From IMG/VR virus record IMGVR_UViG_3300030372_005500: 20,000 bases of DNA. One strand, 5' to 3'. Positions 1 through 9,590 of this stretch are shown here, in pieces. Each line of letters opens with the position of its first letter. Within the stretch, counting starts at the first letter, position 1. Source of the DNA: an uncultured virus (IMG/VR IMGVR_UViG_3300030372_005500) (taxonomy: Duplodnaviria; Heunggongvirae; Uroviricota; Caudoviricetes). The position numbers and the translations under genes are program-made. The notes under the pieces were generated by a model. That model saw only the letters and a list, made by a program, of their open reading frames with translations. It made no database searches and was not told where the DNA came from.

Positions 1-2
1 GC

Positions 3-2567
3 TCCAATGGTAAAAACCTCGAAGCAGTATTCCAATCATCGGCCAATATGTATTGTCCTGAGGGTAATTTCCCAATAATACAATCAGAATCTATACCAGT
101 ACATTCCACACAGACATTACAATTACCAACAGAATACGATACAAGCCTAACATCAACAAGTTGGGACCGTACATATCATAGAGTAAATTCATTTATCTAT
201 CCAAATCAACCTTATCTATTTGTATTTCTTTTAGAATTAGAAGAATCAAATCCAATTATATCATGGACTGCAGAAGATGCAAATGGCCCAGGACAAGAGA
301 CATTCATTAGATATGGAGAATATAATTTTAGCAATCCATTTAATGATGATGGGCAATTAAATTACTTAAGAAATCCACATACTCACAATTCAAATACAGA
401 AAGAGTGCCTTTAGACTCAGGAACTTCATTTGTTTTCACACAAGGTCAATCACAAGACATGGCAGGTTATCGCTTTCATGCAGATAATACAACAGTTTCG
501 TTTATGAAAGAACTTCCAGAGGCAGTATCTCATAGTCCAGGAGCAGATGGCAAATTTGATTGGTATGATGGAGACCCTGCAGTTAATGATGATGAATTGG
601 ATTTCGTATCATTGTATATGCCCTTTATTAATCATGAAAGAAAAGATATTACTATAGAATACATGGCCTTGGCTTATGAACTTCAAGATGATGGAGATGT
701 ATTTTTGAAGCAGTGGATGAATGCCTCAAGAATGGGTTGTTTCAATGACACAAGACCTCAAGGTACTGGTTTTTCAAGTTCTTCAGCAAACTGGGATAAT
801 ATGTGTGAAGATCCATTAGATACGGAAGATTATTATGGAATGAGTGAAATGTTAGATGCGAAACACAATTATTATTATTCTGGATTCTGGTATTTAGGAT
901 ATCCTGACGAAGGGCTTAGTATTCGGCCAATGGATGGCTCCACAGGCACAGCTCTTGAAGGTTTTAGTTGTGCATATAGTGACCTTGTTAATTGGGGTAC
1001 AAATTGCCGTAGTGATGATTTTCAAAGAAGAGCAGGAGTTCTAAATGATGAAACTACAAATCCAGAATATTTTAGAAAACAACATACAGATTATTTCTTG
1101 CATACTTCTGAATTAATACCTGAAAATGGGACAACACACATATTATATTTATTTAAATTTGCAGGAACTCACCATTGGCAATCAAATATTGAAGATGTAT
1201 GTTTTTATTGTGATGCTCAAAATCCATTCACTCCTGCAGAATTCACTTCAAGTGCAAACGAAGCAGGTACGATTCAAGAAATGAACCGAATAACTTCTTT
1301 CAATAAGGACCGAGATTCAGATGGTGACGGTAGAACTGATACCGATTGCTTGCAATATTCATGCCAGCAGAATACAACAGACATAACTTTATTGATACAA
1401 AAACCGTCTTCTAAAACTGGAGAAAGAGAATTACCGTTGCCTATCTGGGGTGTAGGGCCAAATATGACTTGCATAAGTCGGTCAACTTTTAATTTTAATG
1501 GGGTTGACCCTGGAACTATATCGTCGGATAATGTAACAACTTGTCCAGGCACCTTTTCTGCACCAATTAATGGATGGGCTAAGTATCAAGAAGTACATGA
1601 TAGGGTTGATGGCTACCGAATAGATGGAGCAAGAAATGAATTGATTGTATCAAGTGCAGATTGGTTTAATCCGTTAGGAATTTGGTGCACAAATGATAGA
1701 ATTCAATTAGGTTTTGGCGCAATAAATGGATACGGATGGAACACTGCAAAACCATGTGTTACTGATGATAGTTTGCAAGGGTGGTCAAATGCCGATAACA
1801 AAGGTGAAGATAGGGCGAGAGGAGTTTATGAGATCAATGGAAGAAGTGCTACATACACAAGCATACATGACTATGAGTTTCATTCAACAGAATTAATGGC
1901 TTCAGCATCACTTACAAGCGGTAGGTGGACTGAAGTAAAAGGAACATCAACTGGTTTTGATTATTTAGACAATACATTTAGGCATAAGATAGTTGAAAGG
2001 AACATTTATGAACTTACGATAGTCACATCTAATTATGATGTACCTGAATGTCCAGTAGGCACTACTGAAGTGGATGGTCTTAATTGTGCAGATTCAGGAG
2101 ATGTAGCACTAAGAAGTGTAATATCAGATACAGTGAATGTATTGAAAGATGTAGGACATTCTTGTAATCCCGTAAGTGTTAACTCTCAAGCGGCTTATTG
2201 GGATGTTACATATGATATGGACTGGGACAAATGTGGTAGTTCAATAAAAGATGCTATAGCAGGAGTAGCCCAATATGATTGGGGTACTTTTGTAGAAGGG
2301 GCGCAAGCACTGTATGGAAATATAGAAGATGCAATAGGAAAGGCTTGGGAGCAAATTAAAGGGCTTGGAGAATGGTTTGCTCGTGTTGCAGTAGATGCAA
2401 TGGGCATAATAACAAGTTTATTCCATGAGATAGGAGCCCATATGGATGAAATCGTTACGGGATTCTTATATCTTGCAGGATTACTTGGACTTTCATTCTT
2501 TTTACAGATGATAGTAAGATTTGGTGCAACAATATTAATTTCTATTGAAAGAAGAGGTGCAGCATAA
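3..2567 (+). CDS. Large acidic, Cys-rich surface protein with C-terminal membrane anchor (putative virion adhesin/spike); probably 5'-truncated by the window
   Basis: Frame is open from base 3 to the ATG at 48, so the true start is probably upstream. Many N-x-S/T sequons; C-terminal amphipathic helices then hydrophobic GFLYLAGLLGLSFFLQMIVRFGATILI and a short basic tail. Shares motifs with 2635..5442. Confidence 0.7.
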   Translation, partial: SNGKNLEAVFQSSANMYCPEGNFPIIQSESIPVHSTQTLQLPTEYDTSLTSTSWDRTYHRVNSFIYPNQPYLFVFLLELEESNPIISWTAEDANGPGQETFIRYGEYNFSNPFNDDGQLNYLRNPHTHNSNTERVPLDSGTSFVFTQGQSQDMAGYRFHADNTTVSFMKELPEAVSHSPGADGKFDWYDGDPAVNDDELDFVSLYMPFINHERKDITIEYMALAYELQDDGDVFLKQWMNASRMGCFNDTRPQGTGFSSSSANWDNMCEDPLDTEDYYGMSEMLDAKHNYYYSGFWYLGYPDEGLSIRPMDGSTGTALEGFSCAYSDLVNWGTNCRSDDFQRRAGVLNDETTNPEYFRKQHTDYFLHTSELIPENGTTHILYLFKFAGTHHWQSNIEDVCFYCDAQNPFTPAEFTSSANEAGTIQEMNRITSFNKDRDSDGDGRTDTDCLQYSCQQNTTDITLLIQKPSSKTGERELPLPIWGVGPNMTCISRSTFNFNGVDPGTISSDNVTTCPGTFSAPINGWAKYQEVHDRVDGYRIDGARNELIVSSADWFNPLGIWCTNDRIQLGFGAINGYGWNTAKPCVTDDSLQGWSNADNKGEDRARGVYEINGRSATYTSIHDYEFHSTELMASASLTSGRWTEVKGTSTGFDYLDNTFRHKIVERNIYELTIVTSNYDVPECPVGTTEVDGLNCADSGDVALRSVISDTVNVLKDVGHSCNPVSVNSQAAYWDVTYDMDWDKCGSSIKDAIAGVAQYDWGTFVEGAQALYGNIEDAIGKAWEQIKGLGEWFARVAVDAMGIITSLFHEIGAHMDEIVTGFLYLAGLLGLSFFLQMIVRFGATILISIERRGAA

Positions 2568-2587
2568 TGTTTGAAAGACTAAAAATG

Positions 2588-2628
2588 TTTTTATATCTTT
2601 TAGAATCATATAGGGAGCACAAAGGAGA
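2588..2628 (+). promoter_or_regulatory. Archaeal-type TATA box and RBS for 2635..5442
   Basis: TTTTTATAT at 2588-2596 preceded by an A-rich tract; AAGGAGA at 2622-2628 just before ATG 2635. Confidence 0.45.
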
Positions 2629-2634
2629 TTTAGA

Positions 2635-5442
2635 ATGAGAGCAATATTCGTATTCATAGTATTAATGGTAAACATAGCATCACCTGCAATGGCAGATGAA
2701 GATAGTATTTTTGAAGGTAGTAAACCAATTAACATTGAACGAGTTCTTGAAGTATCTGAAGACTTATTAGTTGCTAATGCAACGGAGAATGTAAATCTAA
2801 TTAATGTAGGCGATACAGCAAATATAACACGAAATATAGAGACTTGGACTGATTTTAAAAATACAACAGGTGAAGACGGAGCTTATGTCGGTGCACCGTT
2901 TGAAGAGAATATACTTAGAGTAAATGATTCAGGTGCGGTAATCGTATCAGGGTTACTCAGAGCTCCATCGGATGCAATCATGTCAGGAGCTTCAGAAGGA
3001 TGGCTCAGGATACCTTTGAATCTTAATATTAATGAAACATACAAGAAGTGTGCATTGACTTTTAATGAAGATTACCAAACGCCACCTCTACCAGAGAATC
3101 CTTGGCAGGCATGTTCACCTAATTTAGATATAAGAATGCAGATCTACCACATAGGAAATCCTAATTCTTATAATTTGACTGCAGATGGATATCCAAGCCT
3201 ATGTTGTAAATGGGGTTCTGATTATAATCCTGGTTGGAGCGATATGGAATTATTTGATTCATATTTTGACCATTCAATAGAGCCTTTAGCACATCCAACT
3301 AAAGTATGGGACAAAGTATATCGTCACTCCCATAAAGACCAGAAATGTTCTCCAGAATTTTTTATGCCATGGGCACCACCTGGACTTGAAAGTGTAATGC
3401 CACAAGAGATAGCAGATTATTATGGTGCTACAAATCCTATGATACCTGGAGGATGTAGAGATGCAACAGATAACTCAATTCCTCTTACAGGAGACCTAAT
3501 AAGAAGAGATATAGACAATAGAACTTATCTTTGGTGGTCATTCCCATGGTATCCTGATGAACACTATGCCTATATAATAGAAACTAATAACTCAATGATA
3601 TTTCCTGAGGTATATTGGACAACTGCAGACCTTGGTGATGATGGGATAAGTAAGAGTTATTTGAAATTAGAAGATAATATGCATTATAGTTTGAAAGAAG
3701 AATGGGCATCACTATCACCAGCGACTTGTGGTGTTTCAGGTTACTTTAAAACAGATTGCGATGATAATTTGGTTTACAATAATTATACACTTCCAGTAGA
3801 CCTCGGAACTTCTGTATTATTTACAGAAGGCCATGGTTATGGTGTAAGAGGCTTTAACATTACTGATACTGCTACAACATACAATAATCTTGGTTATGGA
3901 CAGAATACACAATGGGAATATAGAACACCTCTTGATGGAATAATGTTCTATGACAGGTTAGATAGAGCATTTGATAATACTAAAGATAGATTAACATTCA
4001 CTATGCCCTTTTCATTACCAGATGTTACAAACACTAACACAACTGATTTTGAAGAGCGAGCAATAGTAACTACTTGCGTACAAGGATTAGATGATTCTTT
4101 AATGCCAATAGATGACGAGAGCTGGACATGCAATCAGCAGGTTGCAACAGACCATGTAATCATAAGTGGAAGAGATACGGACGTAGATACGGCTTCAAAC
4201 ATACTATATGCTCAGAATACATGGGGTTCTGGTATTTGTTATGATCATACAAGTGCAGTTCCTGCAGTACCTAATTGTGATGAATATGGAGATTATGGTA
4301 TATGGACTTCAAGTGGTGGTGGTTTTGAAGATACTGCATTTACTCCAGGGCGACAAGATGGAGATGAAAATCTACACGGAGCTACTTATCTAAAATACTG
4401 GATGTCTTTTGAATTTTATGACCCTCCAACTATAGATGGAGGAGGTTTAGTAGATATGAGTCCTCAATGTCAATATTCAGTTGATTTCTATACTATTTCA
4501 TGTAGAGGAGATGGAACCCGAATCTGGTTACATGACTTTGCAGGTGAAGAGATGGATGAAGATTCTCAATTAATGAATTCAATGTGGGTATTCCAGGGCG
4601 GCAATTTAACTAATGCTCACAGCACACAAGAAGCTGAAGAGGGTTATTTTGACCATAGACACTTTAGACAAGTAGGAAGTCCATTCCCTCTTTATACTGA
4701 ATCTTATACATATGCAAATAATATATCTATGTGGAATAATTCAATTAATCTTAAGCATTATAATTGGAGACCTTTCCATACTACAGAAATATCAGAAGGA
4801 ACATTAGCTAACATAAATCCAGTCCAAGTAGGTCAAATATTTGAATATCATGTTAAAGTAATACATGAGGGTGTAGAATATACGAACTGTGAAGCCTATG
4901 AAGTAGTTCAAGGAATAAAGGAAGGTAATGTAATGTTAGATAGTTATTCTTTCCAGGGTTCTGGCATGCCTCTTGAATTTGCAGAGGATGGCTTTTGTGA
5001 CGGTAAAAGTTTCAAGGAAGTATATAATTTCGTTCAACAGACTACTGAACAATGTAGGGCGTTAAATCCGAGTGGAAATGGTAAAGGTGGTTTCTGTGAA
5101 GCAGGAATGTTAAATTGGCAGACAAGAGAGCTAATAGAATTACCAGGCTTAATTAGTCAGGAAGTTAATTTAGCATTTATGTTGGAGATTTTGGCCTTCA
5201 TAGTAAATAGAATAGAAGAGAACCTAAATTCTGTTGGTCAACTTATATTGTTCCTTCTCCCATTTTCAATATTCATAGTAGGTATTGCAATAATATGGCA
5301 TGCTACCAGGATGTTAACTTTGATGATAAGAGGTGAATTAGATATGGCCTTAGAGCTTACTGACCTTGATAGGTTCGGTATTGCAGGTATAACAAAGGCC
5401 TTTACCAATTTAGATTATCTGCGGAGGAGGCCGAAAGAGTAA
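2635..5442 (+). CDS. 935-aa exported, Cys-rich glycoprotein with signal peptide and C-terminal TM helices (putative adhesin/spike)
   Basis: Signal peptide MRAIFVFIVLMVNIASPAMA with AxA cleavage site; more than ten N-x-S/T sequons; C-terminal hydrophobic segments (LILFLLPFSIFIVGIAIIW) and basic tail RRRPKE. Confidence 0.75.
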   Translation: MRAIFVFIVLMVNIASPAMADEDSIFEGSKPINIERVLEVSEDLLVANATENVNLINVGDTANITRNIETWTDFKNTTGEDGAYVGAPFEENILRVNDSGAVIVSGLLRAPSDAIMSGASEGWLRIPLNLNINETYKKCALTFNEDYQTPPLPENPWQACSPNLDIRMQIYHIGNPNSYNLTADGYPSLCCKWGSDYNPGWSDMELFDSYFDHSIEPLAHPTKVWDKVYRHSHKDQKCSPEFFMPWAPPGLESVMPQEIADYYGATNPMIPGGCRDATDNSIPLTGDLIRRDIDNRTYLWWSFPWYPDEHYAYIIETNNSMIFPEVYWTTADLGDDGISKSYLKLEDNMHYSLKEEWASLSPATCGVSGYFKTDCDDNLVYNNYTLPVDLGTSVLFTEGHGYGVRGFNITDTATTYNNLGYGQNTQWEYRTPLDGIMFYDRLDRAFDNTKDRLTFTMPFSLPDVTNTNTTDFEERAIVTTCVQGLDDSLMPIDDESWTCNQQVATDHVIISGRDTDVDTASNILYAQNTWGSGICYDHTSAVPAVPNCDEYGDYGIWTSSGGGFEDTAFTPGRQDGDENLHGATYLKYWMSFEFYDPPTIDGGGLVDMSPQCQYSVDFYTISCRGDGTRIWLHDFAGEEMDEDSQLMNSMWVFQGGNLTNAHSTQEAEEGYFDHRHFRQVGSPFPLYTESYTYANNISMWNNSINLKHYNWRPFHTTEISEGTLANINPVQVGQIFEYHVKVIHEGVEYTNCEAYEVVQGIKEGNVMLDSYSFQGSGMPLEFAEDGFCDGKSFKEVYNFVQQTTEQCRALNPSGNGKGGFCEAGMLNWQTRELIELPGLISQEVNLAFMLEILAFIVNRIEENLNSVGQLILFLLPFSIFIVGIAIIWHATRMLTLMIRGELDMALELTDLDRFGIAGITKAFTNLDYLRRRPKE

Positions 5443-5939
5443 TGGTAAAGATAGATAAGCCAATAAAGGAGAATTATCCGAATGTCTTTGAAGCATTCGA
5501 TTATATGGAATTAGGGTTTTGGGTTCTTACAGTAATAACTATAGTAACTTTAGCCAGTATATTATTTAAATTCTTATCAAGTTATGGAATAGATGATAGT
5601 AGAGATCTACTACACCCTGGTCTACGTTTTGGTCCAGGACATTTTGCACATCGAGTGGTTTTAGTTATATTGTACCTACTTAGGTTTTTAGGTGTAATAA
5701 TAGTCATAACTGAGTTTGTAGAAGGTTTTGACTTTAATTTATTCATGGAAATGAATTATTGGGATTTCTTTGTTTTAGGGCTGTTACCAGCATTTTTCTG
5801 GTTCGGCTTTTTCTTGGTTCTTAGCGAATGGTTTAAGTTCCAGTGGATGGGTTCAGTACAGAGGTGGGAAGAATATATTGAGGCCTATACCTTGGAATTA
5901 CCTGAGCCTGACTACGAAGAAGAATATTACGAAGAATAA
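5442..5939 (+). CDS. Integral membrane protein (about 3 TM) with acidic C-tail
   Basis: Three hydrophobic stretches; TAATG overlap with the upstream gene; GGAGG upstream. Confidence 0.7.
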   Translation: MVKIDKPIKENYPNVFEAFDYMELGFWVLTVITIVTLASILFKFLSSYGIDDSRDLLHPGLRFGPGHFAHRVVLVILYLLRFLGVIIVITEFVEGFDFNLFMEMNYWDFFVLGLLPAFFWFGFFLVLSEWFKFQWMGSVQRWEEYIEAYTLELPEPDYEEEYYEE

Positions 5940-5956
5940 AATAGGAAGAAACGACA

Positions 5957-6712
5957 ATGGCAGACAGCATAATGACGGAGGAACTCTTCACTCTATTATT
6001 AATTGGGATGGTAGGATTCTACTTTCTCAGTTTAGTAATAAAGAACGCATACGGTTTGGCGTTCCTCAGAACCAGCAACCAAAGACAGAAATCTTTGAAG
6101 GTAATAGACCCACATGCATTACAGCGTGTAAAACACGACATAATACAATCATGTAAGGCGTCTTTACCAAGAGGACCAGCCAAACTATGGCTAACAGGCA
6201 GTAGACACGTCTCAAGGGTGTTTCTGGGGCATATAGAGGGCATTAACGAAACAAACTCAATAAGGTGGTTTGTTGTAAAGCCAAAAAAGGTTAGTATCTT
6301 TTCTTTTTCTATACCTCTTTCATATTCCAGAGTTATAGCCGTTCACAAAGATTATTGTTCACACCCTACAAGTCCAGATATATTTATTAGAGCCACAAGT
6401 ATCAATCTTCATGCAGACGCTTTCTGGGTTCCATCATATATTGATGATTATGAAGAGCCAATTGACACTCAAAGACTTCTTGAAATGTGGGATGAATTAA
6501 TAATGGATTGGAAAGTATGGATGCTAAGATTCCAGCATATAGTCCAGACTGATCTCGGACCTCGTTTATTGGTAAGAGCTATGAATCCAAGTATAGCAGA
6601 CAGGGCCAAGGAAATATACCCTGGAGGTCCAGTAAGAGAAATAGAAGTTAATGAACAAACAGGAGGCAAATATACTGAGCCTCCTAAAAACCCAAGGGGG
6701 CCTATGCAATGA
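5957..6712 (+). CDS. N-terminally membrane-anchored protein, unknown function
   Basis: 251-aa ORF with a single N-terminal TM (LFTLLLIGMVGFYFLSLVI); ATGA overlap with the next gene. Confidence 0.7.
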   Translation: MADSIMTEELFTLLLIGMVGFYFLSLVIKNAYGLAFLRTSNQRQKSLKVIDPHALQRVKHDIIQSCKASLPRGPAKLWLTGSRHVSRVFLGHIEGINETNSIRWFVVKPKKVSIFSFSIPLSYSRVIAVHKDYCSHPTSPDIFIRATSINLHADAFWVPSYIDDYEEPIDTQRLLEMWDELIMDWKVWMLRFQHIVQTDLGPRLLVRAMNPSIADRAKEIYPGGPVREIEVNEQTGGKYTEPPKNPRGPMQ

Positions 6713-7785
6713 TGTGGCCAGATGCACTCTTCATATACTGTATGAAGGGTTTGATACACTATACTACAGCATATCCTGATATTTCAACAGGTCAAGATGC
6801 ATTTCTGAATGATTGGGGTGTAATACTATTAGTTTCTGCAGTTGTATTATGGGTATTCAAAGAATTTTATCATTTATTCTTTGAACCAATCATTAGACCC
6901 AACCTTGTTCTGAAAGATGAGTTTCAGGAGAAAGTAGAAGGTAGGATTGTTTGGGTCAAAGGAGTAAAAGAAGGATTCTTTTACGCTTATTGGTTATTCT
7001 GGTCAGGACTCTATAGGAGATTCCCAAGGTTCCAGGGTATGGATTATCAATTTGGAGTAATGATGTTAACCTATGGATTAGTTAGAAGTTTACAGAGTAT
7101 GCATTTTCAGTTGATGGAAGTAAATATAATACCAGTATGGGGTCCAGACATGGGTATTTGGGGCCGTATCTGTTTCTATGGCAGTATCCCTTTCCTATTA
7201 GGATATATTTTAACAAACAGAGAAGACTTTGATAAATGTATAGAATTAGATGACGAAAGCCCTTACAACATCGCATTAGGTAGGAGAATGACAGAAGGCA
7301 AGGTAATCTACTTTAGACAGACAGGCCAATACTTACCTCAATTACTAAGAACATCTCAATTATGGATAGACGATTCAGTAGAATTACATCATTTTTGGGG
7401 TAGAGTGGTTATAGAGGCTACAAACATATCATACACGCCAAATCCTAATCTTGATTACTTCGTATTGCATTATGCAAATGATGCACCAGTTACTCTTGAG
7501 GATTGGCAGGGTGTAACTCACTTAGTAAGTAATGACCTAAAAGGTTCACAAAAGCTATCTGTAGCTGCTTCTGCAGCAGATCCAGACGTATTAAAGAGAC
7601 AACAAGAGAGAACTACTTTTGTTTTCAACCCAGACTGGGAGAAATTAATTCTGGAGTTAGCAGAATCAGACGGAGTTATAACTGACGAAGAGAAAGAAAT
7701 ACTTGCACGTTACAATTTAGATGCCGAAGATTTACAAAAGAAATCTAAGCAGTCTAAGCCGACTTCTGTAAGAGCTCAAGATTAA
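6709..7785 (+). CDS. Multi-pass membrane protein with soluble C-terminal domain
   Basis: 358-aa ORF with 3-4 hydrophobic segments in the N-terminal half; its 3' end overlaps the convergent ATPase gene. Confidence 0.7.
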   Translation: MMWPDALFIYCMKGLIHYTTAYPDISTGQDAFLNDWGVILLVSAVVLWVFKEFYHLFFEPIIRPNLVLKDEFQEKVEGRIVWVKGVKEGFFYAYWLFWSGLYRRFPRFQGMDYQFGVMMLTYGLVRSLQSMHFQLMEVNIIPVWGPDMGIWGRICFYGSIPFLLGYILTNREDFDKCIELDDESPYNIALGRRMTEGKVIYFRQTGQYLPQLLRTSQLWIDDSVELHHFWGRVVIEATNISYTPNPNLDYFVLHYANDAPVTLEDWQGVTHLVSNDLKGSQKLSVAASAADPDVLKRQQERTTFVFNPDWEKLILELAESDGVITDEEKEILARYNLDAEDLQKKSKQSKPTSVRAQD

Positions 7786-8611
7786 GTCTTTTAGCAGCAG
7801 CTTTACACATTGCCACAGAGGCATTTTCTACAGCTTCAGCCATGAGGTTACCAGAGTATATCTTTAGGCCTTTGAATTCATTTCTACCATTAACTAACAT
7901 CATATCTTTCTTTTCACCTTGTAGTTCTCTGATGAAGTCCATTAATGTTTCCACTTTGTTTCCTCCAGCCTTCTCAATATATCTCTGCAGTAACATTTCC
8001 TTACCTTCTTGTTCCACAGGTGCATATTGAGCTTTAATTGCTGGATCTAAATCAGGAAAGCGATGAATATATGCTTGCCTAAAGAATGGATACTTATAGT
8101 TAGATAAAGCAGTAGTAGTCGGATAGTGAACTGCTACATAACCTCTTTTTCCGTGAACTGTATAGACAGTATTGAATAAACTGATTCTATCACTAACACC
8201 AGGGTTAAGGAAACGAAGTTTAGGTAAATTAAGTATCATAATCTTTCTACGCTTTCTTACAACCATTAATGCTTGTATGATAGCTTTATTGACAGAGTTT
8301 TGCCATTCTTGGGAGAAAAGAGCACTTCCAGCTTCGTCAAGTATAATTGGTGTTTCATCATCGTTTACATCTAATAACTCAAGGAAACCAGCCCCATCAT
8401 AGGTAATCATGGTGTTTAAATCAAATTCACAGCCCAAAGCCTCACAGAAATACTGTGCCATTTGAATACTAAGAACAGTTTTACCAGTTCCAGGTATTCC
8501 TACATTAACAATAACTGCATCCCAATCATTTTTAATTCTGGCACATATCTTGTAACAGTCTTGCCTCAGCAAATCATTCTCGGCAACATAATTAGTAAGT
8601 ATAGAGCTCAC
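7754..8611 (-). CDS. Zot/pI-like (FtsK-HerA superfamily) P-loop ATPase, putative virion assembly/extrusion ATPase
   Basis: Walker A GIPGTGKT; Walker B IILDEAG followed by LFSQEW; conserved RK then hydrophobic strand (VRKRRKIMILNLP). This pattern resembles Zot/pI-type viral ATPases. No TM segment. Confidence 0.7.
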   Translation of the reverse strand: MSSILTNYVAENDLLRQDCYKICARIKNDWDAVIVNVGIPGTGKTVLSIQMAQYFCEALGCEFDLNTMITYDGAGFLELLDVNDDETPIILDEAGSALFSQEWQNSVNKAIIQALMVVRKRRKIMILNLPKLRFLNPGVSDRISLFNTVYTVHGKRGYVAVHYPTTTALSNYKYPFFRQAYIHRFPDLDPAIKAQYAPVEQEGKEMLLQRYIEKAGGNKVETLMDFIRELQGEKKDMMLVNGRNEFKGLKIYSGNLMAEAVENASVAMCKAAAKRLNLELLQKSA

Positions 8612-9108
8612 AATTCTCCTCCATCATCTACAACCCTTGATTCTTCTGGGTCAATAACTACATTGCCGTCTTTATCCTTCGGAACACCAATAGAACTATC
8701 ATCATACATCTTTGATTTACTAACCTTTGTCTTTTTAACAAGTGGCTGTATAACTTCATCAAATAGTTTCCAGCAAAGACCATTCATCTTGAATAAACGG
8801 CTTGGTGGAGGTCTTTCCATGGCCATAGTAGGGTCATCCCAATTCTTTTCTACAATTCCACGCATATCTCTAAATTCCTTAACAACTTCTCTTATTCTCT
8901 TATTTGCAACAAGTTTTAGTTCTTTATCAGTTAAATCCCAATGAGGTCGTAGCATAGAAACAAATATCTCAACAGCATAAAACAATCCTTCAGGATTACC
9001 AGAGGCTGCAGCTCCAGTAATTGCACTCTGAACTTCCATTAGTTTATCAGTATAGCCTGGTTTACGCCAATTGCTTGCGCCACCAGATGCTTGTGGGTCT
9101 TGGTCCAT
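8608..9108 (-). CDS. Hypothetical protein co-transcribed with the ATPase
   Basis: 166-aa ORF, overlap-coupled to both neighbours. Confidence 0.65.
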   Translation of the reverse strand: MDQDPQASGGASNWRKPGYTDKLMEVQSAITGAAASGNPEGLFYAVEIFVSMLRPHWDLTDKELKLVANKRIREVVKEFRDMRGIVEKNWDDPTMAMERPPPSRLFKMNGLCWKLFDEVIQPLVKKTKVSKSKMYDDSSIGVPKDKDGNVVIDPEESRVVDDGGEL

Positions 9109-9410
9109 TAAACTCCGAAAACAGCTTTCTTACGTTGTTCCAGTTCACGTTGAACGTTGTCAATGAATCTTAGAACAGTCTGAGCATCAAATCTCATTGG
9201 GCCTGCGTCCCCAGTCCCTTTGAAGAAATCAAAAGGGTTGGGCAGTTTATTGTCGTGTTGGCATCTCATAACTATTGTGTCCAGATCACGCTGTGCTCTC
9301 ATAAGTGCTATAGGGTCATCAGCGTGCTCATAATTCCGATAGAATGAGGTAACTCGTTCTTGTAACGAGCTCTCATCAAATGTTGGTTCCGAAAAGCTTC
9401 CTCTGCTCAT
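9108..9410 (-). CDS. Hypothetical protein, first gene of the ATPase operon
   Basis: 100-aa ORF; TATA box about 25 nt upstream suggests a leaderless mRNA. Confidence 0.65.
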   Translation of the reverse strand: MSRGSFSEPTFDESSLQERVTSFYRNYEHADDPIALMRAQRDLDTIVMRCQHDNKLPNPFDFFKGTGDAGPMRFDAQTVLRFIDNVQRELEQRKKAVFGV

Positions 9411-9434
9411 CGGGAAATCAAAAAGCGGAAAACG

Positions 9435-9447
9435 TATTTATACTTTT
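9435..9447 (-). promoter_or_regulatory. BRE-TATA promoter for the ATPase operon
   Basis: Minus strand reads AAAAG-TATAAATA, ending 25 nt before ATG 9410. Confidence 0.55.
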
Positions 9448-9486
9448 AGAAGACACACACACCTTCATTTCCACTGGAAAAAGATT

Positions 9487-9527
9487 GGTGGCCGTAATAA
9501 CCTGGCAATGGTTAGGGTGGGGCCACC
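9487..9527. other. Imperfect GC-rich stem-loop in divergent intergenic region
   Basis: GGTGGCC (9487-9493) pairs with GGCCACC (9521-9527); inner TAACC (9498-9502) pairs with GGTTA (9510-9514) around a TGGCAAT loop. Confidence 0.45.
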
Positions 9528-9590
9528 GTATTGTTATTTAAACAGCACTCTATATATCTGATGGCAATGGCAACTATGGGTGGTTAAGAA

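Noticed and set aside
1274..8944. Short alternative-frame or antisense track ORFs (1274-1552, 2195-2407, 2535-2735, 3948-4133, 4208-4393, 5878-6156, 6019-6243, 6469-6759, 7082-7276, 7842-8030, 8172-8402, 8462-8944)
   Set aside because: They overlap longer, translationally coupled genes and have no motifs or RBS support.
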